Below are positions 1-7,814 of a stretch of DNA of 24,000 nucleotides, piece by piece; the stretch's first letter is position 1; the number at the start of each line of letters is the position of its first letter. The translations under genes were made by a program, and so were the position numbers. The stretch spans positions 1 to 24,000 of the forward strand of contig JAZRQQ010000120.1 of assembly GCA_045649935.1 (NCBI GenBank), given 5' to 3'. This DNA comes from Acutalibacteraceae bacterium. GTDB taxonomy: Bacteria; Bacillota; Clostridia; Oscillospirales; Acutalibacteraceae. Under the pieces are notes generated by a model. It saw only the letters and a list, made by a program, of their open reading frames with translations. It had not been told where the DNA came from and searched no databases.

Positions 1-2
1 TG

Positions 3-89
3 CCGCTATTTTTTTATTATGATGAAACAGGACTCGAAGTAGGAGCGGTAGTGAATGACAGTCCGGTGGACTGTCAGAGCCGCGAATGA
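3..89 (+). CDS. 3' end of a truncated CDS (…PLFFYYDETGLEVGAVVNDSPVDCQSRE*), C-terminus formed by a palindromic repeat element
   Basis: Frame 3 is open from the window edge to TGA at 87-89. The upstream residues look coding, while VNDSPVDCQSRE lies in the palindromic repeat. Confidence 0.45.
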   Translation, partial: PLFFYYDETGLEVGAVVNDSPVDCQSRE

Positions 90-122
90 CCGAAGCGCGC
101 AGTTCGCGCAAGAGTCGAGTCC
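30..122. repeat. Nested palindromic (REP-like) element
   Basis: Outer arms GGACTCGA (30-37)/TCGAGTCC (115-122); inner arms GACAGTCC (57-64)/GGACTGTC (68-75) and GCGCG (95-99)/CGCGC (105-109). Confidence 0.5.
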
Positions 123-138
123 CTTACAGCACGCCATG

Positions 139-168
139 AAAAAAGCACTTCTTCGGAAGTGCTTTTTT
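139..168 (+). terminator. Intrinsic terminator
   Basis: AAAAAAGCACTTC-TTCG-GAAGTGCTTTTTT hairpin with U-tract. Confidence 0.85.
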
Positions 169-170
169 CA

Positions 171-341
171 ATGAAATAAATCCCTTTCGGGATTTGTGAA
201 ATATGCTATCGCATATGAAATAGCTTACGCTATGAAATACACTGCGGTGTATAAGGGATTTATTTTATTTCACATTTTGCTATAAAGCAAAATATTTCAT
301 AATCTCCAAAGATTATTTCATATTGCGTAGCAATATTTCAT
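171..341. repeat. Array of seven short hairpins separated by ATGAAAT (left half) and ATTTCAT (right half) linkers
   Basis: Hairpins at 178-195, 201-216, 220-233, 237-252, 274-293, 299-316 and 320-336. Linkers: ATGAAAT 171, GTGAAAT 196, ATGAAAT 215, ATGAAAT 232, then ATTTCAC 267, ATTTCAT 294, ATTTCAT 315, ATTTCAT 335. Confidence 0.85.
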
Positions 342-375
342 TAAAGATGCTATAATGCTCACTGAGGTGATTATA

Positions 376-726
376 ATGAAAGAAAACAAGCTTGTAGATT
401 TATCTATGGACTTTTCTGTAAAAATCATTAAGTTGTGCGAAACAATAAAATATCACCGTTCGCTGGTCAATCAATTAGAACGCGCTGCAACATCAATCGG
501 CGCTAATATCCACGAAGCAAACTACGCTCACGGAAAGCCGGATTTTATTGCAAAATTACAAATTGCTCTGAAAGAATGTTACGAAACTGAATACTGGATT
601 GAGCTCTTTGTAAAATCTGATATTATCAACAGAGATATTGCTGTCAGCTTATATAATCAGTGCGGTACAATCCGTCGCATCCTTATTTCATCCATAAATA
701 CTGCAAAAGCAAATCAGAACAAATAA
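376..726 (+). CDS. Four helix bundle protein (S23 ribosomal/IVP, Avd-like family)
   Basis: Translated KLVDLSMDFSVKIIKLCETI…RSLVNQLERAATSIGANIHEANYAHGKPDFIAKLQIALKECYETEYWIELF is typical of the family. RBS TGAGGTGA upstream of ATG at 376, which is preferred to the ORF-track start at 355. Confidence 0.85.
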   Translation: MKENKLVDLSMDFSVKIIKLCETIKYHRSLVNQLERAATSIGANIHEANYAHGKPDFIAKLQIALKECYETEYWIELFVKSDIINRDIAVSLYNQCGTIRRILISSINTAKANQNK

Positions 727-770
727 AAAGTAAAAGCAGTTATGCCGTCAATATTCAACAAAACAAACTA

Positions 771-800
771 ATCCCCGTCCGGTTACAGACGGGGATCATT
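771..800. terminator. Intrinsic terminator (could serve the 4HB gene; probably the original tRNA-Thr terminator on the minus strand)
   Basis: ATCCCCGTC (771-779)/GACGGGGAT (788-796) followed by CATTTT. Confidence 0.55.
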
Positions 801-803
801 TTC

Positions 804-849
804 TGGAGCTGGAAACGTGACTCGAACACGCGACCTGCGCATTACGAAT
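804..849 (-). repeat. attL-type repeat: 3' fragment of tRNA-Thr
   Basis: TGGAGCTGGAAACGTGACTCGAACACGCGACCTGCGCATTACGAAT, identical to 9793-9838. Confidence 0.92.
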
Positions 850-949
850 ACTAATTTCTATGAATTCGCGTTGTTTCATAAAGTGTCATTTTCTCCCGTC
901 ATATCTATATTTTCGGCACTTTTATCTTTCACGAGCTTTCACCAAATGT

Positions 950-990
950 AAACGCCAAAACACCGAAACAAACGCCAAATAAACGCCAAG
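950..990. promoter_or_regulatory. Candidate integrase arm-type binding sites (left end)
   Basis: AAACGCCAAA at 950-959 and 970-979, AAACGCCAAG at 981-990. The same pair geometry (11-bp spacing) occurs at 9702-9722. Confidence 0.5.
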
Positions 991-1108
991 AAAAATTGTG
1001 CAAAATTGTGAAAAATTTGGAATTTTTTGCAAAGGTAAAAATGCCTCTTCCCCTTATGCCGTCTAAGTTTATCGTTATTTTTATCTCTCAGAATGTAAAA
1101 AAGTTTTT

Positions 1109-1990
1109 TTAACAGCATTTTTGCTCTCTTTCGTTTCTTATTGCAACCACCTCAACAGAAGAAAGACCGCTGTTTTTGAAGCACCCTGCAGAATACTTAT
1201 AACTCACAGAATCATCATAGTGTTCTTCTTTCATTATCGCCTTGCGTAGCCGCCAATCTCTTCTTAAATCTCTTACCGCATTAGTTCTGAGTGTATATAC
1301 ATAATTCACAGATACATTCAAATCTTTCGCTGTATCAGAAAATGATTTATTCTCAAAATAAAAATCCGTTATTGCTTTCTTTTTCTGAGGGCTTAATTTA
1401 TCAACAGCTTTGTAAAGGCAACTCTGATAATACTCTTGTTCTTTATCTTCAGCTATATTACCCTCAATATCTTCATCTGATGGTATTGTTTCTTCCATAG
1501 ACAGCCCATCTGCATCTTTTATAGGCTCGTCAAATGATACCATCTTCATCCCTATAATTGCTATCTTTAAGTTTTCTAAGGTTGTTTGTGATATATTCAA
1601 TGCCCTCATATATTCGCTTTCATCAGGCTTTCTGCCATGTTTTTGAAAGTAATCTTGTTTGAATTGATAATATCTTCTGATTAACTCTTTGAACTCTGAG
1701 GGCATCTTTACAGGTACAGAAGAGCTGAAAGAATAAGCAGAGAGCCTCCATTTAAGTATTTTGCCGAAATAGGTTATGAATTTGACGTTTATATCCGTCT
1801 TGTAATTTTGTACAGCTTCATCAATAGCAATATAAGCCTCTTGCATTAAATCGTCTATTTCTGCAGTGTTTGAGTATTGAAGAGCAGTTTTGTATATAAA
1901 ACCTCTGTTTTGATTGTACAGTTGAGCCATATACTTGCTTTTATCCACCGGGCAACTTTTTATTTTTGTAATAAGCTCTTCATTAGTCAT
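1109..1990 (-). CDS. Sigma-70 family RNA polymerase sigma factor-like protein
   Basis: Region-2-like IDDLMQEAYIAIDEAVQNYK…FITYFGKILKWRL and region-4-like LSPQKKKAITDFYFENKSFSDTAKDLNVSVNYVYTLRTNAVRDLRR. Confidence 0.8.
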   Translation of the reverse strand: MTNEELITKIKSCPVDKSKYMAQLYNQNRGFIYKTALQYSNTAEIDDLMQEAYIAIDEAVQNYKTDINVKFITYFGKILKWRLSAYSFSSSVPVKMPSEFKELIRRYYQFKQDYFQKHGRKPDESEYMRALNISQTTLENLKIAIIGMKMVSFDEPIKDADGLSMEETIPSDEDIEGNIAEDKEQEYYQSCLYKAVDKLSPQKKKAITDFYFENKSFSDTAKDLNVSVNYVYTLRTNAVRDLRRDWRLRKAIMKEEHYDDSVSYKYSAGCFKNSGLSSVEVVAIRNEREQKCC

Positions 1991-2110
1991 ATTTCATCAC
2001 CTCATACCCCCATTTTAAAGCCTAAATCTCACAAAGTAAATATCAAAGTCCAAAAATACGGACACCAAAAGACCGCTAACCTCACAAAAAAAGGAAAGCG
2101 GTCTGTTTTT

Positions 2111-3508
2111 TTATACTGTTTGTTTTCTGCCAAGAGTTAAAATATCTGCTATTGCTTCAGCTGCAGCTTCATCAGCCGACTTTATAGCGTGGGCATATAT
2201 TTTTGTGGTTGTGCTTGCATTGGTATGGCCGAGGCGGTGAGCAACCGTTGTAAGTGGAGTACCTGCGGCAATCTGCAGAGTGGCGTTTGTGTGTCTTAAT
2301 CCGTGTATGCTTATGCCCTCAATATTATGCTTCTGTTTAAATCTTCTGAATTTGCTTGTTAATGATGAGGGATTCAACGGCTCACCGTTCCAAGAGGTAA
2401 AGAGCCTGTTTGAATTTATCCACTTATCACCGAGCCTAAGCCTTTGTCCTGCTTGCCAGGTTCTCTGCTCTTTCAGTAAGTCAATAACTGCATCTGATAT
2501 TTTAAATGCTCTTTGCGAGCCTGCCGTTTTGGTTTCATCTTCGAAAACGCCCATTTCAGGCAGATATAAGGAATTACGGCGCACGTGTATGATTTTATTT
2601 TCAAGGTCTATATCAGACCATTCCAAGCCTAACAGTTCACCACGTCTTAAGCCTGTAAACATTAACAGTTCTATCATTACCCGGAACTGTACGCCCTCAT
2701 CCTGCAGACAATCAATTAAATTCTTTGCCTGCTCTTCATCAAGATACTTCGGCTCAGGCTTGCCGACTTTGGGCGGCTTTACTCTGTCGCAGGGATTAGA
2801 AAATATAATCTGCCATTGTACGGCCGTAGTCAGCATTGATGAAATGACATTGTGATAATAATGCACTGTTGATGAAGCTAATGTCTTGCCCTCATCGACA
2901 ATAGCAAACACATTCTCTATCGGCTCACACAAAGCACTACATATTGCGAGAGCTGTTTTTTCTGTTACATTCTGACCGTTTACAGCTGCAGATACTGTTC
3001 TTTCACCTATTCCGCCACATTCGGCAATACTGCTGAATGTAAGTTTTTTACGCTTTATGAGGGCACGCAGGTCACAACAGGCTTTATACTTCATATCCTC
3101 TCTGATACCCTTTTCAGCAAGGTTCTTATAAAAAGAGAGAAGGTGCTGAGGCTGTATTCTTTCGAGCTTCATATGTCCTATTGCGGCGTTTATTCTCGGC
3201 ATCATTGATTTATACCGCTTGTATGTGGTTGCCCTCAGATGCTCTTTTGCATAATCGTTAAACCATTGTTCGGCAAAATCAGCAAACTTAATAGATCCGT
3301 CAAGATAAGTACCGTTTCTCACCCTTTCTTCAAAGAGTACCGCTTGCCTTTTTACCTCTTTTTCTGCCTGTTTCAAAGTCATTGATGAGGGCGGCTTCCA
3401 GGTCATATATCGGCGTATCTGTTTACCGTTTATATCATAACCGGCTGAAACGGTTATTTTATACGTGTCATTCCGCTTCGTTATCGTTGGCATTTGAATC
3501 ACCTGCAA
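2111..3508 (-). CDS. int: Tyrosine site-specific integrase with an inserted XRE/HTH-like domain
   Basis: Catalytic motifs TGLRRGELLGLEWSDID, HGLRHTNAT and LGHTNASTTTKIYAH. Possible alternative start at MPTITKRN. HTH-like block IKRKKLTFSSIAECGGIGERTVSAAVNGQNVTEKTALAICSAL. Confidence 0.93.
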   Translation of the reverse strand: MQVIQMPTITKRNDTYKITVSAGYDINGKQIRRYMTWKPPSSMTLKQAEKEVKRQAVLFEERVRNGTYLDGSIKFADFAEQWFNDYAKEHLRATTYKRYKSMMPRINAAIGHMKLERIQPQHLLSFYKNLAEKGIREDMKYKACCDLRALIKRKKLTFSSIAECGGIGERTVSAAVNGQNVTEKTALAICSALCEPIENVFAIVDEGKTLASSTVHYYHNVISSMLTTAVQWQIIFSNPCDRVKPPKVGKPEPKYLDEEQAKNLIDCLQDEGVQFRVMIELLMFTGLRRGELLGLEWSDIDLENKIIHVRRNSLYLPEMGVFEDETKTAGSQRAFKISDAVIDLLKEQRTWQAGQRLRLGDKWINSNRLFTSWNGEPLNPSSLTSKFRRFKQKHNIEGISIHGLRHTNATLQIAAGTPLTTVAHRLGHTNASTTTKIYAHAIKSADEAAAEAIADILTLGRKQTV

Positions 3509-4370
3509 TATTTACAAGATTTAAAAAACTCATCTTAACTTTTTCCTTTAAAGGATATAATTCTTCTTTTTCTTTGTCCGTTAAGTTAAAGTGTATGGTA
3601 GGATAGTCCGCTTTAAGACCATCTTTCGCCATAAGTTCACTTTTAAAGGAATCATAATCAAATATGAACTTTAATTTTTCTTCAGCTTTATCCCAATTTT
3701 TATAAACAGTCTCTGTGAAATTATCAATAATCATTTTTAAGTTTTCGGTTGCTTCGAAATATTGCAATCTAAAAGTTGGATATTTTTCAATTCTTGCGAT
3801 GGTCTCCATTGGAGATATATCGTTAAGCAATGCTTCATCAAATTTATTATAGATAGCTGTTGTGCGTTGTTCCATTTCATCGATATAACTCAAAATGAAA
3901 CAAACGGCATCAAAAAAACTATCTGAACTTAGAAAGTAATTAACAACTGATAGCTTTTTTAAAATCCACTCTCTTCTTTCATAAAACATTTCTTCTGTTA
4001 TAAAAAAATCATCAAATTCACAATCTTCTGCTTTTTCACTCAAAGGTTCTGCTATCGAATGTAATTTTTCAACAGCCTGTTCATTTAATCCTGTGTAATC
4101 TTCAATTTCGCGTATTATTTTGCCCTCTTCAGTAGCCATAGGCGTTTTATATTCGGATATGCCCAACAAATAATCTGCTGATACACCAAAATATCTTGCA
4201 TATTTAACAACATACTCTGCTGTAACCTCTCTTTTTCCGTTGTAATGTTTTGTTACCAAAGAAGTATCGCATTCTAATCGTCTTGCTATTTCTTCTCGTG
4301 TTTTGGTATCAATCAATTTTCTTAATCTTTCTAAATTTACACCGTTTTTTTCTATATTTTTGTCACTCAT
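3468..4370 (-). CDS. XRE/CI-type HTH transcriptional repressor
   Basis: N-terminal HTH: LRKLIDTKTREEIARRLECDTSLVTKHYNGKREVTAEYVVKYARYFGVSADYLLG. Overlaps the start of int and is divergent from the 4543 gene. Confidence 0.8.
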   Translation of the reverse strand: MSDKNIEKNGVNLERLRKLIDTKTREEIARRLECDTSLVTKHYNGKREVTAEYVVKYARYFGVSADYLLGISEYKTPMATEEGKIIREIEDYTGLNEQAVEKLHSIAEPLSEKAEDCEFDDFFITEEMFYERREWILKKLSVVNYFLSSDSFFDAVCFILSYIDEMEQRTTAIYNKFDEALLNDISPMETIARIEKYPTFRLQYFEATENLKMIIDNFTETVYKNWDKAEEKLKFIFDYDSFKSELMAKDGLKADYPTIHFNLTDKEKEELYPLKEKVKMSFLNLVNIAGDSNANDNEAE

Positions 4371-4395
4371 ATAGATTTAAACCACCCTTTCAATC

Positions 4396-4510
4396 AGTTT
4401 TGTCACAACTTTATCGTCAAAAGGACAAAACTCTTGATTTTTAGTTTTGTCACATATATAATTAAATTGTGACACATACAACAACACAAGTATATCATTA
4501 TGTGTTGTTG
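4396..4510. promoter_or_regulatory. Divergent operator region
   Basis: 12-bp direct repeat AGTTTTGTCACA (4396-4407, 4443-4454), inverted TGTGAC (4468-4473), and inverted repeat CAACAACACA (4479-4488)/TGTGTTGTTG (4501-4510). Confidence 0.6.
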
Positions 4511-4542
4511 TTGTCAATATTAAATTTAAGAGGTGTAAAACA

Positions 4543-4728
4543 ATGAATAATCAGGAAATCAGAATCAAAGCAAAAGAAAAGGGCGTTCGTCTTTGGCAAA
4601 TCGCTGAAAAACTTGGCGTGTGCGATATGACATTAACAAGAAAACTCCGTCACGAACTGCCCGTAGACGAAAAAACAAAGATACTTGCCATAATTGACAG
4701 TATCTCTGCAAACAGAAAGGCGGTTTAA
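4543..4728 (+). CDS. Small HTH protein (Cro-like)
   Basis: RBS AGAGGTG upstream; MNNQEIRIKAKEKGVRLWQIAEKLGVCDMTLTRKLRHEL resembles an HTH. Confidence 0.75.
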   Translation: MNNQEIRIKAKEKGVRLWQIAEKLGVCDMTLTRKLRHELPVDEKTKILAIIDSISANRKAV

Positions 4729-4729
4729 T

Positions 4730-4963
4730 ATGTCTGTGCCACGAATGAGAACTCTCCCGGAAGCATTTGCAGAGCTGAAAAAGGCTGACCCTGCAACGGC
4801 TTACACTCTGAGGGCATTAAGAGCAGCAGTAAATAAGGGTGAAATACCCGTTGTAAGAGTGGGCAATAAAAGGCTTATAAACCTTGACCGACTCTTTGAA
4901 ATACTGAATACGCCCTCATTAAGTCAAAAAGAAACTCATGAGGGCATAAGAAAAGTAATCTGA
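4730..4963 (+). CDS. Excisionase-like / DNA-binding HTH protein
   Basis: MSVPRMRTLPEAFAELKKADPATAYTLRALRAAVNKGEIPVVRVGNKRLINLDRLFEIL resembles the excisionase family. ATG at 4730 immediately follows the upstream stop. Confidence 0.75.
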   Translation: MSVPRMRTLPEAFAELKKADPATAYTLRALRAAVNKGEIPVVRVGNKRLINLDRLFEILNTPSLSQKETHEGIRKVI

Positions 4964-5109
4964 AATAAAAAAACGCCCCACATAAGCTGCAACTTATGTA
5001 AGGCACGCCCTAAGGCGGTAAGCATGTGAGCATACATAGTATAACACAATAAAGTCTGTATGTCAAATTTACCGCCTAAATATGAGTATTCAGACGGAGA
5101 TTTGATGAA

Positions 5110-5844
5110 ATGCGAAAAAGAATAAAGAAAAGGACTTTTTCAGGCGTTGTATGTGAACAGGAAATATACAGCATATCTGACAGAGCAAAGAACGATATAA
5201 CAGCAAAGCCACGCTTAAGATTTAATACCGAAGAAGAGCGAGAAAAGCATAAATTAGGCATATCGAGACGTAACCACGCCCGTCTTGTCAATGAAAACTT
5301 TTCTCCCGGCTCTTTATACAGCACGCTTACCTTCGATAATGAAAACGAGGTACATACCTTTGACGAAGCAAAGCATATCAGAGATTTGTTTGTACGTCGA
5401 TTAAAGTATGCTTGCCCTGATGCCGTTATCTTCATATACCTGGGCAGAGGTAAAAATACACGGCGTATTCATGTACATATGCTTTCTGAGGGCGTATCTG
5501 CAGAGATAATCAATAAACAGTGGACATATGGCTCTATTGTTTCCGTTGAGAATCTGAGAGAGCATAACTTTTATAACGGTGTCGATTATGGCTGTGACTA
5601 TACAGGCCTTGCAAATTATCTCTTTGACCATTGGACACCTGAACAGGGCGGTCACCGATGGAAGCACACACGCAACGCAAGAACGCCCGAAAAGGAAGAT
5701 ATAGCCGAAGTTAAGCGCATATACAGCGAGAAAAGCCCACCGCAAGCCCCTAAAGGTTATAAATTGGTCGAAATCAAGTGTACCAAATACGGATATTTAT
5801 ACTTCAAGTATGTAAAAGAAGTGCAGAAAGTCACGCCCTCATAA
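5110..5844 (+). CDS. Candidate HUH (rolling-circle) replication initiator
   Basis: SLYSTLTFDNE (motif 1-like), RRIHVHMLSEG (HUH-like HVH), and TGLANYLFDH as a candidate catalytic Tyr region. Confidence 0.65.
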   Translation: MRKRIKKRTFSGVVCEQEIYSISDRAKNDITAKPRLRFNTEEEREKHKLGISRRNHARLVNENFSPGSLYSTLTFDNENEVHTFDEAKHIRDLFVRRLKYACPDAVIFIYLGRGKNTRRIHVHMLSEGVSAEIINKQWTYGSIVSVENLREHNFYNGVDYGCDYTGLANYLFDHWTPEQGGHRWKHTRNARTPEKEDIAEVKRIYSEKSPPQAPKGYKLVEIKCTKYGYLYFKYVKEVQKVTPS

Positions 5845-5863
5845 CCCTTAAAAGAATAATTCG

Positions 5864-5887
5864 AGCTGATTTTTATATCAGCTTTTA
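5864..5887 (+). terminator. Weak intrinsic terminator after the rep-like gene
   Basis: AGCTGAT-TTTTAT-ATCAGCT-TTT. Confidence 0.5.
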
Positions 5888-5954
5888 CAAGACTTGAAAA
5901 TGTGTAAAGTTTTAGAACGAAACACAGCACAGAAAGTAAAAAGAGGTAAATACT

Positions 5955-6659
5955 ATGTATGATTTAATATCAGTTAATTATGATAATGACAGGCCGACAG
6001 TATCAGCAAGAGAATTACATCAGTTTTTGAATGTAAAAACATCATTTACAGACTGGTTTCCGAGAATGTGTGAATACGGTTTTGAAGAAGGAAAAGACTT
6101 TTACTCATTTTTGAGTGAAAGTACAGGCGGCAGACCTAAAACAGAGTATCAGCTGACAATTGAAATGTCAAAAGAGATTTGTATGCTGCAGAGAAGCCCT
6201 GAGGGCAAACAGGCAAGACAGTATTTTATTGAGCTTGAAAAGAAGTGGAACTCTCCCGAATCGGTTATGAGCAGAGCTTTGCAATTTGCGCAAAAACAGC
6301 TTGATTCTGTAAAAGCAGTTAATACTGCCCTCATAGAGGAAAACACCGTTATGAAACCAAAAGCTGAATATTATGACAACGTTATTGCTCACGGTAAGTC
6401 AGTTAATTTCACGGATGCCGCAAAGCTGATAGGTGTACCGAGAAACAGACTTATCAATGAACTTATGCAAGCAGGCTATACCTATCGTGACGGTTACGGA
6501 GATATAAGAGCATATCAGCGCAGTATTGACCAGGGATTATGTAAGCATAAGCAGTTTTATAGTGACAGAAACGGCCACAGCGGTATTCAGGTACTTATAA
6601 CACCAAAAGGCATAGAAAAGTTTATACAGCTTATGAGGGCGAATGTAGAATCGAACTGA
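5955..6659 (+). CDS. Phage-type antirepressor (AntA/AntB N-terminal plus KilAC C-terminal)
   Basis: VSARELHQFLNVKTSFTDWFPRMCEYGFEEGKDFYSF…GRPKTEYQLTIEMSKEICMLQRSPEGKQARQYFIELEKKW and C-terminal VNFTDAAKLIGVPRNRLINELMQAGYTYR. Confidence 0.92.
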   Translation: MYDLISVNYDNDRPTVSARELHQFLNVKTSFTDWFPRMCEYGFEEGKDFYSFLSESTGGRPKTEYQLTIEMSKEICMLQRSPEGKQARQYFIELEKKWNSPESVMSRALQFAQKQLDSVKAVNTALIEENTVMKPKAEYYDNVIAHGKSVNFTDAAKLIGVPRNRLINELMQAGYTYRDGYGDIRAYQRSIDQGLCKHKQFYSDRNGHSGIQVLITPKGIEKFIQLMRANVESN

Positions 6660-6917
6660 GAGCGAACAGAGAGAAAATGCCCTTTTTCACCTGTTCAATA
6701 AGCACTAATCCGGACACGATAAAAAGAGAGCATAAAAGAGGGCGTGAAAGCCCTTTAAACGGCTCTTAACAGTATTAAGTTTAGGACATATATGCCCTCA
6801 TAAAGTATCAAAAACAACCTGACAAAACCTGACATCTCTCACGCGTGCGCGCGCGAGGAAAGCGGATTGAACTCCGAGAAAACATCAAAGCGAACCGAGA
6901 ACGAAGCGAGAGAAAAT
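6652..6917. repeat. Two 27-bp imperfect direct repeats flanking a non-coding region
   Basis: CGAACTGAGAGCGAACAGAGAGAAAAT (6652-6678) versus CGAACCGAGAACGAAGCGAGAGAAAAT (6891-6917), 23/27 identical. A GC-alternating tract lies between them. Confidence 0.55.
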
Positions 6918-7059
6918 TGCAAATAAGTTCATTATAAAAACATTCAAAAGGTCTATGAGGGCAATTTTGACAAAGAAAAGAGCAAACAAATGCTCCTTGT
7001 CTGCTCTTATATGTCCTGTGGTTGGTTAATATGGTGTTTTTCGCTTTGGTCGGTGATCT

Positions 7060-7413
7060 TTATTTAGCTGCTGATTCTTTCAAAATTTCATTAAGTCTCA
7101 GCTGTTCTTCAGGCTTCAAATCTCCGATACACTCAATATGTTCTCTGAGCCACTGTTTTATCTTCTCAATAACTGCCGGTACATCTTCTCCTCTGCTCTC
7201 GTAGCCCTCAGGACCTTCAATTCGGCTCATAAGAGATAAATATTGCCATTTAAAGTCTGACATCATTTTTATATTCAAAAGCGGTACAGCACCAGGATAA
7301 TCTTTCTCCACTCTTGCACCCTTATCACACGCATTTGGTGAAACATAGCCTATGATATCGTATTCTTTGCCGTTAATAGTGTATTTTTCGTTTTTTGCCT
7401 TGTTTTCAGTCAT
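7060..7413 (-). CDS. Hypothetical protein, 117 aa
   Basis: AAGGAG RBS upstream; intact ORF MTENKAKNEKYTINGKEYDIIGYVSPNACDKG…. Confidence 0.65.
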   Translation of the reverse strand: MTENKAKNEKYTINGKEYDIIGYVSPNACDKGARVEKDYPGAVPLLNIKMMSDFKWQYLSLMSRIEGPEGYESRGEDVPAVIEKIKQWLREHIECIGDLKPEEQLRLNEILKESAAK

Positions 7414-7538
7414 TTAATATTATCTCCTTTTCTTGACAAAAAAGAGAGGGCATTATATAATGAATTTACCCTCTCTTGACAGGGTTTGATTATGCTCTTG
7501 TATTTTGCTTTGGTCGGCGTTGATACAAGGGCTTTTCT

Positions 7539-7814
7539 TTATGCCACGCTGAAACGTCGTGTTTCGGTCTGTTTACTGTACTGTTCATATAAATCTCCGT
7601 GCGTCTTTTTGAAAGCTGTTGAGTCAAAACGGCTGCTTGTAACTGTCTTGTAGCGGATTTTGAAGATATCAACGGTCATTTCTTCTTTGCCCTCAGAGGT
7701 CATATGAGCCTTTAATTCATCCTTAATGGCTTCTGCCTCAGCTGTTGCTTCATCAATGAGGGCTTGCAGTTCCTTAAGCTCTCTGATTTTGGTTGTGAGT
7801 TCGTTTGTTGTCAT
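7539..7814 (-). CDS. Small conserved mobile-element protein of unknown function
   Basis: MTTNELTTKIRELKELQALIDEATAEAEAIKDELKAHM…SRFDSTAFKKTHGDLYEQYSKQTETRRFSVA resembles a widespread phage/ICE family; RBS AAAGGAG. Confidence 0.75.
   Translation of the reverse strand: MTTNELTTKIRELKELQALIDEATAEAEAIKDELKAHMTSEGKEEMTVDIFKIRYKTVTSSRFDSTAFKKTHGDLYEQYSKQTETRRFSVA

Noticed and set aside
171-341. CRISPR array or promoter-only repeats
   Set aside because: The conserved linkers are only 7 nt, units are ~17-27 bp and self-complementary, and orientation flips midway; this does not fit a CRISPR repeat/spacer layout.
376-726. Diversity-generating retroelement (Avd plus RT)
   Set aside because: No reverse transcriptase, TR/VR repeat pair or target gene is visible in the window.
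1-803. 23S rRNA intervening sequence context for the four-helix-bundle gene
   Set aside because: No rRNA sequence flanks the gene on either side in this window.
660-854. 64-aa ORF reading through attL
   Set aside because: The frame crosses a terminator and the tRNA-derived repeat (WSWKRDSNTRPAHYEY is the typical false translation of a tRNA).
2280-2855. 191-aa ORF opposite the integrase (and 6168..6392, 5401..5745, 15852..16370, 18690..19067)
   Set aside because: Fully antisense to strongly supported genes, low-complexity or atypical composition, no RBS seen.
6841-6855. CG-alternating tract as a stand-alone functional Z-DNA site
   Set aside because: Short and without independent evidence; kept only as part of the non-coding hub.
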